Below, one piece after another: positions 55,926 through 64,000 of a stretch of 64,000 nucleotides of DNA. Made by a program: the position numbers and the translations under genes. Source of the stretch: the human T2T-CHM13v2.0 reference genome, Homo sapiens. Under the pieces are notes generated by a model that was not told the origin of the DNA, did not search any database, and saw only the letters and a list, made by a program, of their open reading frames with translations. Location of the stretch: NCBI RefSeq assembly GCF_009914755.1, contig NC_060944.1. One strand, given 5' to 3'. The number at the start of each line of letters is the position of its first letter. Position 1 is the stretch's first letter.

Positions 55926-56459
55926 TAGGTAGCTATTCTTATCCCCACACAGAGAAGAGGCCCTGAAAGTTGATGCAACTCACAAGACCACATGGCTGGG
56001 AAGTGGCAGAGCTGGGCTTCAACCTAGATCTGTCGGATTCCCAACCCCCCATACTATTTTTTCCCTCGCATCAGACCACGGTCTGTGGCTTTTGTCTTAA
56101 ATACCCACTGAGTGAACCAGTTTTTAAAAGAACAAAACCTGGAAGCAAACCAGGCCAGGCTCAGATGGAGCTAGAACAAGCGTTTGCTGGGGTCAAGCTC
56201 CCGCTCCGAGGCCCTGCCTCATCTACAGGGGGCCTAAGCCTGGTCTGTGACCCCTGTCTGTAGGGAATCCAGGACACCTGGAAGCTGACCTCATTTCACC
56301 CTGAAGAGTCAGGGAAGGGAGGCTCGGGAGAGGCCCTGCTCCCTGTGCCCAGTGGGCCTCCCATGTGGACTGATACATGGTTCAGCAAAGCCCAGACCCT
56401 CCCAACCACCTCCCCAAAGGTAGTCAAGGCAGAGCCTGGCTGCTAATGGGAGGATGTTC

Positions 56460-57025
56460 CTGTTATTATTACAGGAAAAAAAAAAAGTCAGTCTAAATCT
56501 TAGTGGCTTAAACTAACAATTTTGCTACGTTTACAGACTCTGTGGGTCAAGAATTTGGACAAGGCACAGTGGGGGTGTGAGCTCCATGATGCCTCGTGTC
56601 TCACCTAGGAAGATTCAGTAGCTGGCGGCACCATGACAGCTGGCAGCTGGAATCATCTGAGGATCATCACCCACGTGTCTGGTGATTGATGCTGGCTGTC
56701 AGGTAGGACCTCAGCTGGGCTGTCAGCCGAAACAGCTACCTGTGTGCTGTCTCTTCCTGTGGGCTAGTTTGGGCTTCCTCCCAGTATGGCAGCTGAGTTC
56801 TAAGGGCAAGCTGGGTTCTAAGGGCTCTCTTCCCAAAAGAGCCAAGTAGAAGTTGAATCGCTTTTATGACCTAACTTTGGAAATCACATAGCCTTGCATC
56901 ACTTCTGCAAGAGTCACAAGTCCACCCAAATTACAGAGAGGGGGACACAGACCTCACCTCTCAATGGGATAACATATGGAATTGGAGATACTGTTAAGGA
57001 CATCTTTGGCCACATAATTAACTAC
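56460..57025 (-). mobile_element. MLT1F/G-like MaLR LTR
   Basis: cttagtggcttaaac...ctgtgggtcaagaatttgg...gctggaatcatctgagg...ttttatgacctaac. Confidence 0.75.
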
Positions 57026-57244
57026 CGAAAACAGTAGGGAGGAATTGGCTACCCAGGTGTGAGTTGTTGCCTCAAGGGTGGAGGGGCAGCCAGCATTGAA
57101 TGAGAGCCAGTCTGAATGGATGACAGGGAGAGCAGTTTGGATTGAGGTTGACTTCTGAGATCCAGGCAACAAGGCCAGAGATACCAAGGCAGAGGTTCAG
57201 CTGGACGCAGAGGAACAAGCATTGTTTTATTTATTTACCTACTA

Positions 57245-57465
57245 CCCCTCCATCAGTCTGGCCACCTGGTCTCCCATCTATCTATTCATCAATCCACACA
57301 TCCATCCATCCATCCATCCATCTACCCATCTACCCACCTATCCATTCATCCTCCATCCACCCACCCACCTATCCATCCATTCATCCACCTATTCATCCAT
57401 CACCCATCTATCCATTTATCCATCCATCTATCCTTTCATCCATCCATTTATTCTACCCACCCATG
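57245..57465. repeat. Degenerate (TCCA)n tract
   Basis: Direct reading. Confidence 0.9.
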
Positions 57466-57600
57466 TATCTTATTCACTTTCACTATGACTCAGTTTCCTC
57501 ATCTGTAAAATGGGGATCGTAATATAAACCTCATGGGATTGTTTGAGGAGTCAATGAATTGATAAATGTAAAGTCCCCAGCACATATTAAGAGCTCGATA

Positions 57601-57975
<375 letters not shown>

Positions 57976-59202
57976 TCAGGCATGTACCCACCTATAAATC
58001 TATCTTCCCATCCACTCTCCCATTCATCTGTTTTTTTTCATTTATTCAGTAGTACAGTTAACCATATGCACATTTAATTTACATGAGTTCAATTATATTC
58101 TTAGCAATAAAGAAAGACAGAAAACGAATTTTAAAAGCACAGTTGACTTTTCGTGCCATTTTTGTACAATGGGTGTGTGGCCCAGAAGGAGTATGAGGTG
58201 AGCCATGTTACTAATTGCGGGGTTGGGGTGAGAGCAAAACCACGTAGCTGCATTTCTGGGGCAGTTTATTGGATTTTACAGGGTAATTTTAACTGTTCAT
58301 GGTTCATGCTGACTTTCCTACCTTTTAGATGGCATGGGACCCACCTCTCTGTGATGTGCTCTGGCTGGCTCCCAGCAGCACAGATACAGTAGGACCTGGT
58401 CCCTGCCCTCAATATACTCACAGTGCATGGCACGTTCAGTGGCACAGACACATAAACAGACCATGATGGTGTAGTATAAAAAATTCAAGCTGGAGAAGCA
58501 CTGTGGGCAAATGACTGCTGTGAGGAGGGCAAAAAGAGCAGCAGGGAGGCCTTTGTGAGTGTGTGACATTTAAACAAAATCTTAAAGCTTATGAGCATAA
58601 ATTCTCAAGACACTCAAGAAGGAGAAGGGCGCACCAGGCGGAGGGAACAGCACGTTATGCAGAGAGATGAAAGATCACAGGGTGTGGAGAGAATGGAGAG
58701 CAGGGTGGGAGGGCAGGAGTGGAGGGACATAAGTCTGGAGGTGTCATCGGGGCTGATCTGAAAGGGCCTATGGTACCAAGCCAGGGGATCTTGGGCTCTA
58801 TTCTGCAGGTGGCGGGCAGCCGTGGAGAGGATTAGGCAGAGGAGAGGTAGGGTCAGAGTTGTGTTTTCAATAAATCGCTCCTGCTGCTGTGTGATGGTTG
58901 AACAGGAAAAGAAAAGTCTGGAAGTACAGAGACCAGAGAGGGAGGCTGAGCCCCACCCGGCTTCTATTGAGTTCTGGGACGGTGGGGCTACCACAGAGGA
59001 GGCCTGAAGACAGTGAACCAAGGGCCCCGTTATTGGGCAAATTTACCACTTTGGGCTTGAGATTCCCAATATATGGCCTCACAAGTGTTTTAAGTTGAAG
59101 GAGCAGATGGCTCTCCTCAGGGTCAGCTAGAGGGCTTAGGTTCTGCACCCCATAAAGTCTGCCTGGGGCTGGAAAGGGCTCTTCACTGGATATATAGTGT
59201 CG

Positions 59203-59526
59203 TTTTATTGTTTTTTGTTTTGTTTTGTTTTGTTTTTTTCTTTTTTGAGATGGAGTCTTGTTCTGTCGCCCAGGCTGGAGTGCAGTGGCGACCTCGGCTC
59301 ACTGCAGCCTCTGCTTCTGAGGTTCAAGCGATTCTCCTGCCTCAGCTTCCTGAGTAGCTGGGTCTACAGGCACGTGCCACCATGCCCAGCTAATTTTTGT
59401 ATTTTTAGTAGAGACGGGGTTTCACCATGTTGGCCAGGCTGGTTTCGAACTTCTGACCTCAAGTAAAATGCCTGCCTCTGCCTCCCAAAGTGCTGGGATT
59501 ATAGATGTGAGCCACTGCGTCCGACC
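59203..59526 (-). mobile_element. AluS
   Basis: Antisense dimer. Confidence 0.9.
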
Positions 59527-60184
59527 TGTTGTTTGTTTTTTAAATTTATCTCCCTTAGGGTTCATTTTGACTCCTGAATCTGAGGGTTCATGTCTTTCAT
59601 CAGTTCTGGAAAGTTCTTTGAATGCTACCTTTCGCCCATTCTCTCAATTATCTCTTCTTGGAACTCGAAGTAGAGGTTGTCAGACCTTTTTCATCTATCC
59701 TTTGTGTCTGTCTTAGTTTTCCCTCCATTTCTTTCTGCTGTATTCTGGACAATTTCTTCAGATTCCAAGTCACATTTTTTTTCTCTTCAGCTGAGGTTAA
59801 CAACCTGTTGTTTAACACTTCTAAGAGTTAAAAATTCTAATTATTGTATATTTTTTATTTCTGGAAGTTTGGCTTGGTTCTTTTTCAAACCTGCCTGTTC
59901 TTTCTGTAGCATCCCTCACTGCATATTCATTGTTTCAAGCTCCTCTATTCTGTCTGTAAACACATGGAATATATTTACTGTATTTTACATTTTGAATCCT
60001 ACAATACCAATATCTGAAGTCTTTGGGGATCTGACTTTGTTGTTTGCTGTTTCTTCTGTTTTGCTCAGGGTGGCATGTCTCTTGGATGCTTTGAATTTTA
60101 TTTTTATTTTCAGTTGGACCTATGGGAATTTCACTGAGGACCAGGCTGAAGGTGTTTTCTTCCAGGGAGAGTGCAAAACATTTA

Positions 60185-61250
<1,066 letters not shown>

Positions 61251-61370
61251 CCTATTTGATGTAGTGCAGTCTGTTGCCTCCTTTTTTCTGAACTCAATTA
61301 AGTGGAATTCACTGCAAAGGTAAAGTGGCTTATATTCCAAGTTATGTAACACCTCCAGCACAGTGTAGGG

Positions 61371-61867
61371 CAGTGATGTGCTGGCAAACTGGTTCTCAGA
61401 ATTTTTTTTTTTTTTTTTGAGACAAGGTCTTGCTCTGTCTTGCAGGCTGGAGTGCAGTGACACAATCTCAGCTCACTGCAGCCTCAAGCTCCTAGGCTCA
61501 AGCAATCCTTCCACCTCAGCCTCCTGAGAGTTGAGACTACAGGGTGCGCTGCCACACCCGGCTAATTTTTGTATTTTTATAGACAGGGGGGGTTCACCAT
61601 GTTGCCCAGGCTGGTCTCAAACTCCTGGGCTCAAGTGATCTGCCCGCCTCAGCCACCCAAAGTGCTAGGATTATGGACATGAGCCACCGCGCCCAGCCAG
61701 ATTGGCCAGATTTTTTTTAGTAGCCTGATTTGCAGTATTTTCTGATTTCTATGATATACATACTTCAACCATAGCCAATTTCAAGCTACTGAATGGCTTG
61801 CAAAACTCCTGAATATTTAACAAATGGCTCCCATGAGCCAGGATGGATTGGCTCCAGGATACCACTG
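61371..61867. mobile_element. MER63-like hAT-Blackjack element interrupted by an AluJ (61402-61698, -)
   Basis: Termini cagtgatgtgctgg and ccaggataccactg. Internal ccaatttcaagctac and ctcctgaatatttaacaa. Confidence 0.7.
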
Positions 61868-63039
61868 CGTCTAGGGTAGCACCTCTAATAAAACTAATTG
61901 ATATTTCTGCAGCAAACTGTGTAAATATTCACACTAATTGGTGTAAAACATCTTCATATCCATTGAGGTCAGATTTTTGCGTGCAAAGAATCAACCATGA
62001 ATTAACTGTAAAAGAAGGACTTTCAGTTGAGAAAGATCTTTGGATTTTCACATTGCACGTAAAAGATAGTGGGTCTGTTTCTGCATGGATTCCACTGTCT
62101 GCAGATTTGCTGATACTGTTGGGATCCTTCGGGAAATCCTGGTGACCTTTGTGAACAGCAGTGAACAATGATTTTGAGCTCAGTGATGTCCAAGGTCCCT
62201 TTAGTTCTAGAAGTCTATGGCTAAAAATTTAAGAAATATTTCACTAACTGCCCATTTGGCTTTATTTCTATTTTAGTACTACTGTGGGCTGGAGTCTTTT
62301 AAAACATGGTTTCTGGAGCCATGGAGAGATGGTTTCTGGTAAACCCAGCGCTCGCATGGTCCTTCCCACAGAAGGTTCTGGAGTCAGGCTGCCTAGACTT
62401 AAATCTTGGCTCCACCACTGGCTTGCTCTTGGATTTGGGGCAAGTCATGTGAAATCCTTCTGTGCCTTTGTTTCCTCACTGATCATGAAAACTGAAGTGT
62501 GAAAAAAGGTGGAATTCCTGAGGCCCATCTCTGGGCTGCCCACTGGGGGCTTCCTCAGACACAGGACCCCAGATGGCATTGAGCATCTTGAGTCAGCCAG
62601 CGTTGGCCAGTGGAGGGGGGCAGTTTGCAGTGGCCACAGGAGAATCTTACTCCACACGACTTAGTGCCCCGGTGTTTCCCCATCTTCCCTGACGCAGCTT
62701 CTTTGTCAGTGGCGCTCAGGCCCAAGGCCCATCCCTTCCTCAAGAAATCCTGCTCCTACTTGAGGAAACTTGGCATCCAGGGCCTCCCCCAACCCTGGCA
62801 ACAGTTCGGAATCCACCACTGTGAGATATCTCAGACCTGGTTTCTTGAGTCTTTTGCTTCCTGTGGGGCCTGTCCGGAGACCCTGATTTAGATCTCGCCT
62901 CTCTCCCCTCCCTCTAGAGGCAGTAGAAGCTGTGACCAAGCTCATGCTTTGTGTCCTGGACCGTCTGGGCCAAGAGAAGGCCACCTGCCGGAGGCAGGGC
63001 CAGTGGCCACTCTTGTTGGGTTCTCATCATTAAACTGTT

Positions 63040-64000
<961 letters not shown>

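Noticed and set aside
57142-57522. Pro/His/Ser/Ile-rich ORFs
   Set aside because: Product of the (TCCA)n repeat.

Overview
Human-type (primate, Alu-rich) genomic DNA that I recognise as the EPB41L1-AAR2 locus (chr20q11.23, from recall). The window holds the last intron, last exon and ~3.5-kb 3' UTR of EPB41L1 (protein 4.1N; + strand, ending ~9497). It also holds the whole AAR2 gene (U5 snRNP/PRPF8 assembly factor; + strand): CpG/ETS promoter ~13.1 kb, non-coding exon 1, three coding exons at 16568-17324, 21396-21625 and 32277-32444 that splice to 384 codons, and poly(A) ~33630. The last ~30 kb is repeat-rich intergenic DNA towards DLGAP4 (inferred; not in the window). Most ORFs in the supplied track are Alu- or microsatellite-derived artefacts. 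No rRNA, tRNA or CRISPR was found, and no new system can be demonstrated from sequence alone. The best leads are frame coincidences around AAR2. The 48-nt leader of exon 2 is stop-free and in frame, so an EPB41L1-AAR2 read-through fusion would be in frame and an exon 2-3 circle would be a stop-less 345-codon ORF. There is also an Alu-derived alternative last exon (398 aa), a candidate poison/micro-exon cluster in intron 3, several homeodomain/POU-rich enhancer-like blocks, and a strong-Kozak 58-aa transmembrane sORF. All are hypotheses needing RNA or conservation data.
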